NCBI GenBank assembly: GCA_005792545.1
Contig: SXRM01000383.1
Coordinates: forward strand, 10,562-74,561
Origin: Pseudomonadota bacterium
Lineage (GTDB): Bacteria; Myxococcota_A; UBA9042
Length of the DNA: 64,000 nt
Direction: 5' to 3'
Shown: positions 9,457 to 18,586 of the stretch, piece by piece
Layout of the letters: each line of letters opens with the position of its first letter
Position numbering within the stretch: position 1 is the stretch's first letter
The notes under the pieces: generated by a model
Seen by the model: the letters and a program-made list of their open reading frames with translations, nothing else
Database searches by the model: none
Told to the model about the DNA's origin: nothing
Program-made: the position numbers and the translations under genes

Positions 9457-11025
9457 CTACTTGCCGGCGGGCGTCGCCTGCTTGGGCGAGCACGCTTCAG
9501 GGTCCTTCTGCTGGTCGGAGCACACGCTGCTGCGCACCATCAGGTTGCCGGCGTTGTCGACGTCTTTCTTGACGGCGCTGAACTTGTTGTCGCCCTTCAG
9601 GCCCACGGCATCCGGCAGTTTGGCAAGGCCAGTCTTGTTGATCACGATGCCGAACTGACCGCCCTCGAATTCGCTGCCGGTCACGTCGATCTCGATGCCG
9701 GTCAGCGCGCCGCCGACCTTGGGCGCGTGGGCGATAACGCCGGCGCGGGCGTTGTTGGCGATGCGCGCGCCCTTGACTTGCAAGCTTGAACCGTTGAAGG
9801 CGCCGAGGCCGTCGCCGACATCCTCTGGCATGCCGCCGGCCGGTTCGGCGAACTTGCGGGCCTGCGTGGCCTCGATGCGCGCGCCGTTGACCTCGATGCG
9901 GCCGCCTTTGTTGGCGCCCGCGCCGAGCAACCCGTTCTTGCGCAGCCGCGCCTTGGGGCCCAGCTGCAGCACCGCCCCGGCACCCTGGACCCAGGCGCCG
10001 CCGGTCTCGTTGCCACTGAGTTCGCCCTCGACGCTGACCTGGGCTTGGGTGGCGGCAACCAGGCCGGCCCGGCCGTTGCCGGTGACCGCGCTTTGAGCGT
10101 CGACCACCAGGGCTCCGGCTTTAGTCTTGGCGCTGCTGGCGACCACCACGCCGTCGGCAAAGTCGCCGGTCGCGGTCTTTTGGGTGTCGCGAATCGCGGA
10201 GCGCACGATCGAGGCGCCGCCGCCAAACAACGCCAGACCGAAGTTCTTGTTTTTGGAGATGTCGGTGGCGGCAATCTGTACCGGCAGCTTGGGTGCGTCG
10301 TTGCTGCCCGGCGCGAACGCCGGATCGACGATGGCGACACCGCCGCCCTCGTTGCCAGAGATGACGCTGGCGGGCGCAAAGGCCGGATCGACAATTGCAG
10401 TGCCGCCGTCCGAGGCGCCGGGCTTGAACGCGGGATCGACGATGGACACCATCGCGACACCCACGGCCAGTACACCCGTGCCCACATTGCCCTGGATCTT
10501 GGCGGCCTCGAGCACCAATTCGGCGCCACCTTCGGCCTGGACGCCGTGGCCGCCGGCGCCATTCTTGTCGGGCTTGGTGCCGCTGACCGTGACGTCGCTC
10601 AGCACCAGCGCGACGCCTGTGGACGCAATGCCGTAGCCCGCCGCGCCGTTGACTGCAACGCCGCGAATCGTGGTTTTGCCATTGCCGGCGATGGTGATGC
10701 CGGTCCCACCGCCGGCGGACAATGTCGCCTTGCCCGCGCCGGGACCCAGCAGATTGACGCCGCCCGGCAGCGTGAACCCGCCGCTGTATCCGCCACCCGC
10801 GAGCACGATGGTGTCGCCGGCCTTGGCGACCTTGGCGGCCTCCGCGGGCGTGGCGTAGGGCGCCGCCTGGCTGCCGTCGCCGCCTGACGACCCGCAAGCC
10901 GACGATACGTACTTGGCCGAACCGTTGAAGGTCGGCCAGACCTCAGTGCACGAGTCGCCGCACCCGGCCATCAGCCAAACAGTCGAAATCGGGACGAAAA
11001 CGGTGAAAAAGCGGGCGATCTTCAT
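9457..11025 (-). CDS. right-handed parallel beta-helix repeat lipoprotein
   Basis: In-frame ATG at 11025 gives MKIARFFTVFVPISTVWLMAGCG (lipobox). It is followed by G/A/V/N-rich about 22-aa repeats typical of pectate-lyase-fold beta-helices. The gene lies 64 bp downstream of the giant gene on the same strand. Confidence 0.7.
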   Translation of the reverse strand: MKIARFFTVFVPISTVWLMAGCGDSCTEVWPTFNGSAKYVSSACGSSGGDGSQAAPYATPAEAAKVAKAGDTIVLAGGGYSGGFTLPGGVNLLGPGAGKATLSAGGGTGITIAGNGKTTIRGVAVNGAAGYGIASTGVALVLSDVTVSGTKPDKNGAGGHGVQAEGGAELVLEAAKIQGNVGTGVLAVGVAMVSIVDPAFKPGASDGGTAIVDPAFAPASVISGNEGGGVAIVDPAFAPGSNDAPKLPVQIAATDISKNKNFGLALFGGGASIVRSAIRDTQKTATGDFADGVVVASSAKTKAGALVVDAQSAVTGNGRAGLVAATQAQVSVEGELSGNETGGAWVQGAGAVLQLGPKARLRKNGLLGAGANKGGRIEVNGARIEATQARKFAEPAGGMPEDVGDGLGAFNGSSLQVKGARIANNARAGVIAHAPKVGGALTGIEIDVTGSEFEGGQFGIVINKTGLAKLPDAVGLKGDNKFSAVKKDVDNAGNLMVRSSVCSDQQKDPEACSPKQATPAGK

Positions 11026-11089
11026 GGCCGCTAGCCTAGCAAGCGGGCAGCACGCCACGCAAGCGTGGGGCAGTGGGCACAGCCGCGGG

Positions 11090-14000
11090 CTACTTGGGGC
11101 CGCAGAAAAACGCCCCGCTGGCCGAAAACGAGCGGGAGATGATGTGCCGATCGCCGCCGGAATTGAACAGACCAAAACCGATCGAGCCACCCCCCACACG
11201 CGGGAACACGCTGTGCAAGACCACTCCACCGGCTTGGGCCAGCGCGCCGGTCCACACCAGCTGGCCAGCGGCGCCGATGCCCATCGCCAGGGTGCTCGGC
11301 GTGCCGGTCACGCTGGCGGCCTGCGCCACTACCACCAGGCCATTGCCCGCCGCGTGCGCACCCAAGGCCAGCTGGTTGCCGTCAAGGGACAGAATCTTGT
11401 CGCCGAGCAGGGTGCCATCGCCGCTGAACCGCAGGGTGCGCACGTCGGACTGCCCGCTGACAGTTTGCCGTGCCACCAATAGCAAGTCGCCGCTCGGCAG
11501 GGGCACGATTTTGGCTACGTCGACGTAGCTCGGTGACGCGACCGCCGTTGACCACTGCACGATGCCCGCCGCCGACAATCGCGTCACCAGCACAGAATTC
11601 TTGACGTCCTCGTCGCCGGCAACCACCCAGCCATCGGCCACGGCGGCGACATCGGTGAACTCGCCGGCGTTGGCGGGATGCGCAAAGTTCCACAACTGTT
11701 TTCCAGCGCTATCGCGGGCATGGGCCGCGGGTCGGCGCGAGGTGGGACCGGCCGCCTCGTAGCCCGCCGCCACCAAGTTGCCCTTGCCGTCGGTGGCGAC
11801 GCCGAACCACGCTTGCGGTCCGACTTCGTCGGGATTCTCGAGCGACACCAGCTTGCCAACCGCGTCGACGCGCGCCCACACCTTGTTGCGCACGCCAGCG
11901 GCTTTGGCCTGGCTCCAGCCAACCGCCCACGCCCCGCCATCGCTGGTCGCCGCAACCCCCTGCAGCAGTTCTTCGCCGCTGGACAACAAGTCGTGGAACT
12001 GCCAGATCGCCTTGGCGCCGTCGGTATCGACGCGGGCCACCAGGCTGCCGTCGTAATCGGAGACCTGCGCACCGGTGGTGTGGTAGCCGACCAGCCACCA
12101 GCCACCTTGGGTCGCCGGCGCGCCGGCTACCGCGAATTCTTTGACCTTGGGATCGCCAAACGCCTGCAGCGTCCACGGACAGACGCCGCAATTGCCAGAC
12201 GCGCATAGGGCGTCGCCCGAACAGGCGGCGGTGGAGCTGGATGGCGTCACCAGGCAGCCGGCGGTCGCGGTACAGGTGTCGGTGGTGCATAGATTGCCAT
12301 CGTTGCAATCGTGGGTGGCGGCGCCAATGCAGGCGCCATCCAGGCACCGCTCCAGGTCCAGGCAGGCGTCGCCGTCGTCGCAATTGCCGGTTTGGCGCAC
12401 CGGACGCGGTCCGGCGGACGGGTCGCACTGCTGCCGCAGGCACGGCGGGTCGTAGCTCGCGACGGTCGGATCGAGCTGGCTCTCGCCGGTGACCAGCTCC
12501 AGGCGCGCGACCAGGCCGTGGCGGTGGCCAGCGGCGGTCTGTCGTACGCCGGTCAACACCAGCTGCTGGCCGGCGAGGCGCACGCCACCCTTGAGACGCG
12601 CGTCGCCCACTGCAGAAAACGAACCGACGTGCTGCCAGACCAGGGCGTTCTTGGCCGACAGGCGCAGGGTCCACGACGGCGCCACGACGTCGGGTCCGCT
12701 GTAGTTGACCATGCCGTAGCCGACCAGCCCGCCATCTGGCAGCGGGACCACGCCATACAGGATCCCGGCATTGGGCAGGATCGCGCCGGCCACGGACTTG
12801 TCGATGGCCGTCGCAGCGATGCGCTCGCCTTGGGCGTCAAATCGCGTGACCAGGATGCTCGAAAGCGTCGCCGCTGTCGCCCGGCCGATGGCGACGGCGC
12901 CGCCGTCCTTCGTTCGCGCAATGCCGTCCAGTTCGTCGAAAGCGACGTTGTTGCCATTCTTGCCGGTCGTGTAGTCGTAGTAGTACTGCAGAGGCATGCC
13001 ATCTTTGCCCTTGGCGATGCTGCCGTCTTGTTCGAGCACAGTCACCATCTCGTCTTGCAGCGCAGCGCTGCCGGGCGCCGACAAGCTGCGAAAGCCAACC
13101 GCGACCACGCGGGCTGTGGCTCCCCAGCCGACGAGCGCGACACCGCCAAACTGATCGTACTTGGCGTCGCCCTGCCGCAATTCCCATTGCACAGCCAGGT
13201 TGTTGTCGACGCCAATAATCCAGCCGTCGGCCAGGCCCTTGGACGCCGAGTACGAATAGCCGACCGCGACCCAGCCGCCATTGGGCAAGGGTTCCGCGCG
13301 CAGCAGCACGTCGTCTTCGGCGGCACCCACGGTCTTGTCGACCAGCACCTTGCCGGTCGCATCGAGCAGCAACAGCCAGCCATCTTGCTTGCCAGCGCCC
13401 GCCGAACTGCTGCTGCCGACGGCGAGCCAGGTGCCGCCCGGTCCGCGCGCAACGCCCAGCAAGCGATCGATGCCGGGCTTGTCGAGCACCTTGTCCCACA
13501 GCACCTTGCCCTCGGCGCTGACCGCGTGCAGCCAGCCGTCGGCAAAGCCGTTGCCGCCCAGCGTGTGCCCGACAGCCAGCACCGCGTTGCCATCGAGCGT
13601 CGCCGCGCCCGGCAGGTCGGCTTGGGTCGACGGCGCCGGCAGGTCGACGAAAAGATGGCAGTCGCAGCCGTCCTGGCCCGACGGCCCGTCAATTCGCAGC
13701 AGTAGCCCGTCGGGCATGTCCGGACTCTGAGCGTTGCTGGCTTTCTCGGGCCGCGTAGCACCGGCCAGCAGCATGTCGCCGCCGGGCAGCGTGCAGCCGC
13801 CGCGGCCGTCTTCGAGCCCGTACTGGTCGAATTCGCGCTGCCACACGGGCTTGCCCACGGCATCGACGGCGACTGCCCAAGCGTTGGACTTGTCGTAATT
13901 GTTGGCCACCATCGCCTTGTCGCCGGAAAAGTCGCGTGTGCGGGTGCCGACCGCAATCCAACCGCCTCCAGGTCGCGACCCGAGCGCGCGGACGACCTCG

Positions 14001-17000
14001 CCGCCGTCGTCGGGCAACAGCCACTGCGCCAGTTCACTGCCGTCACCGGCCAACTGCACCAGCCACCCGTCGCCCGGCGCCAAGCCGTTTTGGGCGTTGC
14101 GCACGCCACCCAACGTCCAAGTGCCGTCCGTATTGGCCATCAAGGCGAACAAAGCCTCGTGCTGGGTGGTGCCCATCGACTTGGACCACAGGGGATTGCC
14201 TTGCAAGTCCAGCCGCAGCACCCAGGCGTCTTGCTGCTGGCTCGGCGCTTTGGGATTGCCGCGCTGGCCGACCGCCCACACGCCCTGGCCGTCGGGCTGC
14301 GCGGCAACCGCCCACAGTTGTTCGGCCACCGCGGTCTGCGAGCCGGTCTGCTGGCCGATGAGCTTGCTCCACAGCACCAGCCCCGCCGCGTCGACGCGGG
14401 CCAGCAGCGCGTCGGTGGCGCCCGCCTTGGGGTTGTCGAGGCGCCCGACCGCCAACGCACCGCCGTCGGGCAGTGCCGCCACACCGTCGAAGCGACCCAG
14501 GTCAGTGGCGCCGCTGCCCGCGGGTGGTGGCAGCAGCAGCTGGGTCTGGACGTCGCCCTTGCCGTCCACGCGGAGCAACCACGGTCGCTGCGTCGGCGCA
14601 GGGCCTTGCCCCACGCCTGCGAGCCACGCGCCGCCCTGCTGGCGCGGCGCCACCGCCAGCAAGCGATCGACGCCCGTCGCTGGCGTGTGGTCCAGGGCCA
14701 GGTAGGTCCGCTCGAACTGCCAGGCGCCCTGCTCGTCGTGCCACACCGCCCAGCCGCGGGTGGCTTGAGTGCCGTCGGTCGACGCCGCACCCACGGCAAG
14801 CAGCTGGCCAGTTGACAGCACCGCAACCTCGTCGAGTTCTTCGCGCTGGGCCTTGCTGATGTACTTGCAGTTGGCCGGTACCGTGCTCGGCGGGACAGCC
14901 AGCAGCGAAACCTCGGCGCAGCCGCCGCGCGCGATGCGCCGCCATGCCGTGCACCCGCCGCACTGGCCCTGATGGCAAAGCCGATCCAGGCTACATGGCG
15001 CCGCGTTGGCGGTGTGCAGGCAGGTCTTGCCGTCGCCGGCGCAGGCGTCGTCGGTACAGGGGTTGCTGTCGTCGCAGCCGGTGGCGGTCATGCCCTGACA
15101 CAGCGCCTGGGCACAGGCGTCGCCGCCCGTGCACGGATTGTGGTCGTCGCAGGCACTGCCGCCTTTGGCCGCGTGGCTGCAGCCGCCCGCCCCGCAGCTG
15201 TCGGCCGTGCAGGCGTTGTCGTCGTCGCAAGCTGCGGCGGCGTTCAGTTCGTGGATGCAACCGTCCACCACGTCGCAGCTGTCGAACGTGCAAGGATTCT
15301 GGTCGTCGCAGCTGACCTTCTTGCCGGCGCAGCCGCCGTCCAGGCACGCATCGCCACCGGTGCAGGCGTTGCCATCGTTGCACGGAGCGCCCGGCGGGAT
15401 GGCCGCCTGCTTGCACACGCCGGTCTTGGGGTCACACTGGGCCTTGGTACAGGCGGTGTCGTTGTCGAGCTTGCACACCACCAGCGTCGCCGGCTTGACC
15501 TTGCACTGGAACGGCAACTGGGTCTTGTCACAGTACAGCGTGCCGTTGCACAGGTTGCCGTCTTCGTTGTTGGCGCAGTCGGCGTCGGCGTAGCAGCCGC
15601 ACAAGTCGCTACCGGGGATGCACTGGCCGCCAAGGCAGGTGTCGCCAAAAGTACACAGCGAGCCATCTTCGCACGGCGACTGGTTGACCAGCGGCAAGTT
15701 GCCGCACTTGCCGACCTTGGGATCGCAGGCGTAGAGGTGACAGGCGGGCGGGTTGCCGCTGTCGCACTTGACCACGGTCGCCGGATTGACCGCGCACTGA
15801 AACGGCACCTTGGCCTTGTTGCAGTACAGCGAGCCATTGCAGGGGTTGCCGTCTTCAAACGGCGCGCACTGCGCGTCGGCGGTGCAGCTGCAGATGTTGG
15901 CGCCGACCACACACATGCCGGCGTCGCAGGCGTCGGCTTCGGTGCACGGGTTGCCATCGGCGTCGCAGGCCTGTCCCTGGTTGCGCTGGGTCATCTGACA
16001 CTTGCCGGTCTGCGGGTTGCACAGGTTGGCGATGCAGAAGGTGTCGGCCACCGGGCTGCAGGCGACCACGGTGTTGGGGTTGACCTTGCACGACCCGGCA
16101 AGCTTGTCGCAGTACAGGCTGCCGTTGCAGGGGTTGCCGTCTTCCTGCCCTGCACAGTCGGCGTCGGTCTGGCACACGCACACGTTGGGTCCAGCCTTGC
16201 AGCCGCCGGCCTTGCAGGCGTCGCCGGTCGTACACGGCGTGCCGTCGGCGTCGCAGGCACTGCCGTCTGGCAGGGCGATCATGGCGCACTGGCCGTTGGC
16301 CTTCTGGCACAGGTTGTGGCTGCACGCGCTGTCGCCGCCGCTGGGACAGCTGACGACCGTGGCCGGGTTGACCGCGCACACATACGGCAGCTTGGCTTTG
16401 TCGCAGTATAGCGTGCCGTTGCACAGGTCGCCGTCGTCTTTGCCTTTGCAGTCGTCGGTGGCGGTGCAGGCGCACAGGTTGGTGACGGCTTTGCAGGCGC
16501 CTTTGTGGCAGGCGTCGTCAGGCGTGCACGGGTTGGCGTCGTCGCAAGGCGTGCCATCCTTGGCGAGTACAGCCGCACACTTGCCGGTCTTGGCGTTGCA
16601 CAGGTTCTTGCTGCATGCGGTGTCGTCGGCGCTGGGGCAAGTGACGACGGTCGCCGGGTTGATCTGGCACAAGTGCGGCGCCAGGGTTTTGTTGCAAAAC
16701 AGGGTGCCGTTGCACAGGTCGTTGTCTTCGACGGCTTTGCAGTCGGCGTCGGCCTGACAGCCGCAGGCGTTGCCGCCCGCAGCGCACGCGCCGGCCTTGC
16801 AGTTGTCGCCGACCGTGCACACCTGGCCGTCTTCGCACGGGCCGCCGTCGTTGACCGCAACGTACGCACACGCACCGGTCTTGGGGTTGCAGGTGTTTTT
16901 GCTGCAAGGCGTGTCGGTGGCGGCCGAGCAATTGACCACCGTGCCCGGATTGATCTGGCACGACCACGGCAGCGCCGACTTGTCGCAGTAGGGCGTGCCG

Positions 17001-17839
17001 TTGCACAGGTTGCCGTCGTCCGTGCAGTCGCCGTTTTGCTTGCACAGGCAGCTGTCGGGGCCGGCAACGCACGCGCCAGACAAGCACAGATCGCCGTCGG
17101 TGCAGATCTTGCCGTCTTCGCAGGGTCCGCCCTGGTTGGTGGGCGTCGCGTCGCAGGCGCCGGTCAGCGGGTTGCACACGTTGAGCAGGCACAGACTGTC
17201 GGTCGGCGGACACACCACGACCGAACCGGGCTTGGCCGAGCACACGGCTGGCATCTGCTTCTTGTCGCAGTACAGCTTGCCGTTGCACAGGTTGCCGTCG
17301 TCGAGCGCCGCGCAAGCGTCGTCGTCGGGACAGCCGCAGCCGGGCTTGCCGGACTTGCATGCGCCGTCCTGGCAGTTGTCGCCGACCGTGCAGATGTCGC
17401 CGTCGTCGCAGGCGACCGCATCCACCGACTGCACCACCGTACAGGTCTTGGTCGCGACCTGGCAGCGCGCCTCCAAGCACGGCACTTTGGGGTCAGGGCA
17501 ATCGCTGTTCTTGGTGCACGGGGGGCCGGCGTCGATGGGTGCAGCGGCGTCGACCGCATCCGACGCACTGGCGGGACCATCGGGCGCAAGGTCCTGCGGC
17601 ACTGTTTCCAGTTCCGTTTCCTGCAATGGCGCGGTGTCAGGCCCGCTGGACGCGTCGGTCGCGGCGGCATCAACTGGGCTCGTGTCTACCAGCACGTCGA
17701 CGACCGCGACCGCATCGGTCACCGTCGCTGCGCCGTCGCCAGTGCTCGCGGCCGGCGCTGCCGATTCGCCACAGGCCAGCGCGCCGCAGGCCAATGCCAC
17801 GGTCGCCGACCATGTTTGCCACGTGCGCCTGCTTGCCAT
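11090..17839 (-). CDS. giant secreted modular lipoprotein (2249 aa): Cys-rich repeats plus beta-propeller-like repeats
   Basis: Signal/lipobox is MASRRTWQTWSATVALACGALACG. Seven about 96-aa Cys-rich repeats follow (C.C..D.DC…DGNLCNG.LYCDK…CNP.TG.C…C.DG..CT.GD.C..G.C), then CDD.N.CT.D.C repeats. There are two regions of G-W-rich repeats (GGWLAVG, DGWLL..D..G..LW). The reading frame is open and unambiguous. Confidence 0.88.
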   Translation of the reverse strand: MASRRTWQTWSATVALACGALACGESAAPAASTGDGAATVTDAVAVVDVLVDTSPVDAAATDASSGPDTAPLQETELETVPQDLAPDGPASASDAVDAAAPIDAGPPCTKNSDCPDPKVPCLEARCQVATKTCTVVQSVDAVACDDGDICTVGDNCQDGACKSGKPGCGCPDDDACAALDDGNLCNGKLYCDKKQMPAVCSAKPGSVVVCPPTDSLCLLNVCNPLTGACDATPTNQGGPCEDGKICTDGDLCLSGACVAGPDSCLCKQNGDCTDDGNLCNGTPYCDKSALPWSCQINPGTVVNCSAATDTPCSKNTCNPKTGACAYVAVNDGGPCEDGQVCTVGDNCKAGACAAGGNACGCQADADCKAVEDNDLCNGTLFCNKTLAPHLCQINPATVVTCPSADDTACSKNLCNAKTGKCAAVLAKDGTPCDDANPCTPDDACHKGACKAVTNLCACTATDDCKGKDDGDLCNGTLYCDKAKLPYVCAVNPATVVSCPSGGDSACSHNLCQKANGQCAMIALPDGSACDADGTPCTTGDACKAGGCKAGPNVCVCQTDADCAGQEDGNPCNGSLYCDKLAGSCKVNPNTVVACSPVADTFCIANLCNPQTGKCQMTQRNQGQACDADGNPCTEADACDAGMCVVGANICSCTADAQCAPFEDGNPCNGSLYCNKAKVPFQCAVNPATVVKCDSGNPPACHLYACDPKVGKCGNLPLVNQSPCEDGSLCTFGDTCLGGQCIPGSDLCGCYADADCANNEDGNLCNGTLYCDKTQLPFQCKVKPATLVVCKLDNDTACTKAQCDPKTGVCKQAAIPPGAPCNDGNACTGGDACLDGGCAGKKVSCDDQNPCTFDSCDVVDGCIHELNAAAACDDDNACTADSCGAGGCSHAAKGGSACDDHNPCTGGDACAQALCQGMTATGCDDSNPCTDDACAGDGKTCLHTANAAPCSLDRLCHQGQCGGCTAWRRIARGGCAEVSLLAVPPSTVPANCKYISKAQREELDEVAVLSTGQLLAVGAASTDGTQATRGWAVWHDEQGAWQFERTYLALDHTPATGVDRLLAVAPRQQGGAWLAGVGQGPAPTQRPWLLRVDGKGDVQTQLLLPPPAGSGATDLGRFDGVAALPDGGALAVGRLDNPKAGATDALLARVDAAGLVLWSKLIGQQTGSQTAVAEQLWAVAAQPDGQGVWAVGQRGNPKAPSQQQDAWVLRLDLQGNPLWSKSMGTTQHEALFALMANTDGTWTLGGVRNAQNGLAPGDGWLVQLAGDGSELAQWLLPDDGGEVVRALGSRPGGGWIAVGTRTRDFSGDKAMVANNYDKSNAWAVAVDAVGKPVWQREFDQYGLEDGRGGCTLPGGDMLLAGATRPEKASNAQSPDMPDGLLLRIDGPSGQDGCDCHLFVDLPAPSTQADLPGAATLDGNAVLAVGHTLGGNGFADGWLHAVSAEGKVLWDKVLDKPGIDRLLGVARGPGGTWLAVGSSSSAGAGKQDGWLLLLDATGKVLVDKTVGAAEDDVLLRAEPLPNGGWVAVGYSYSASKGLADGWIIGVDNNLAVQWELRQGDAKYDQFGGVALVGWGATARVVAVGFRSLSAPGSAALQDEMVTVLEQDGSIAKGKDGMPLQYYYDYTTGKNGNNVAFDELDGIARTKDGGAVAIGRATAATLSSILVTRFDAQGERIAATAIDKSVAGAILPNAGILYGVVPLPDGGLVGYGMVNYSGPDVVAPSWTLRLSAKNALVWQHVGSFSAVGDARLKGGVRLAGQQLVLTGVRQTAAGHRHGLVARLELVTGESQLDPTVASYDPPCLRQQCDPSAGPRPVRQTGNCDDGDACLDLERCLDGACIGAATHDCNDGNLCTTDTCTATAGCLVTPSSSTAACSGDALCASGNCGVCPWTLQAFGDPKVKEFAVAGAPATQGGWWLVGYHTTGAQVSDYDGSLVARVDTDGAKAIWQFHDLLSSGEELLQGVAATSDGGAWAVGWSQAKAAGVRNKVWARVDAVGKLVSLENPDEVGPQAWFGVATDGKGNLVAAGYEAAGPTSRRPAAHARDSAGKQLWNFAHPANAGEFTDVAAVADGWVVAGDEDVKNSVLVTRLSAAGIVQWSTAVASPSYVDVAKIVPLPSGDLLLVARQTVSGQSDVRTLRFSGDGTLLGDKILSLDGNQLALGAHAAGNGLVVVAQAASVTGTPSTLAMGIGAAGQLVWTGALAQAGGVVLHSVFPRVGGGSIGFGLFNSGGDRHIISRSFSASGAFFCGPK
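15311..17338 (-). repeat. coding tandem array, 7 x about 288 bp (about 96-aa Cys-rich unit) inside the giant gene
   Basis: Unit starts at protein residues about 168, 264, 359, 456, 554, 650 and 747 (CGC/CLC/CAC/CVC/CSC). Counted by hand from the translation. Confidence 0.8.
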
Positions 17840-18040
17840 GCCACCTCCGCAGCGGTGAGCCTAGCAGAGTTGCACAGTTGCGGGCAGGGGCGACAGCGCG
17901 ATCGGTCAGACGCCGGCGTTGTTGGCGTTTTGCTGCGATGTGGCTATCTTGCGACCAGGGCGGATGCCCGTGGAGACCCCGAGATGGCCGCGACCAGGGC
18001 CCAACCCGACGCAGGGCAAGGCCACCCCGGAACCGGCGCG

Positions 18041-18586
18041 ATGGCGCCGTCGATGCTCATCGCCATGCCCGGCATGGAAGATGGCTTCTTCGCGCGCACC
18101 GTCATCCTGCTGGTCGAGCACGGCAGCGAGGGCGCCGGCGGCGTGGTGCTCAACCGGGTGGCGCCGCTCGACCTCGATACGCTGCTCAAGTCGACCGGCC
18201 TGGAAAAAGCGCCGAGCGGCCCGCACCCTGTGTGGGTGGGCGGCCCGGTGTCGCCGCAAGCCGGGCTGGTGCTGTACCTGGACGAAGGCGGCAAACGCTA
18301 CGACCACGACATCGAGGTGTTGCCGGGCTTGCGGCTGTCCGCTTCGCTCAACGTCTTGCGCGACGTGGCGGCGGGTGCCGGTCCCAAGACCTTTGGGCTG
18401 TACTTGGGGCGCGCCGGCTGGGGTCCAGGACAACTGGAAGACGAACTGGCCAAGGGCGCGTGGCTGACCACCGAGCCCGACCTCGACCTGCTGTTCTGTA
18501 CCGATGGCGACGAGGCCTGGCGGCGAGCGCTCGGCGGCCTGGGCACCGATGAGCAGCATGTCGTCCGAGAGATCGCCAGTGCCTAG
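18041..18586 (+). CDS. yqgE: YqgE/AlgH family protein (UPF0301)
   Basis: MAPSMLIAMPGMEDGFFARTVILLVEHGSEGAGGVVLNR… matches the 'LIAMP…DP.F.RSV..…EH' N-terminus of YqgE/AlgH. Only the last 181 codons of track ORF 16505..18586 are real. Confidence 0.85.
   Translation: MAPSMLIAMPGMEDGFFARTVILLVEHGSEGAGGVVLNRVAPLDLDTLLKSTGLEKAPSGPHPVWVGGPVSPQAGLVLYLDEGGKRYDHDIEVLPGLRLSASLNVLRDVAAGAGPKTFGLYLGRAGWGPGQLEDELAKGAWLTTEPDLDLLFCTDGDEAWRRALGGLGTDEQHVVREIASA

Noticed and set aside
12311-16411. Long + strand ORFs (12311..13705, 14090..14815, 14972..16411 and others) opposite the giant gene
   Set aside because: These are typical stop-codon-poor antisense frames of GC-rich DNA. They are Arg/Gly/Ala-dominated, partly repetitive only because they mirror the coding tandem repeats, and have no RBS or motif support.
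15311-17338. CRISPR-like regular repeats
   Set aside because: The only regularly spaced repeats in the window are in-frame coding repeats of the giant protein (about 288-bp period, no short direct repeats with unique spacers). No cas genes are present.
16505-18040. The first 512 codons of the 693-aa track ORF 16505..18586 (+)
   Set aside because: It is antisense to the giant lipoprotein gene, has R/A/G/V-rich junk composition and no motifs. Only the last 181 codons (yqgE, from the ATG at 18041) look real.
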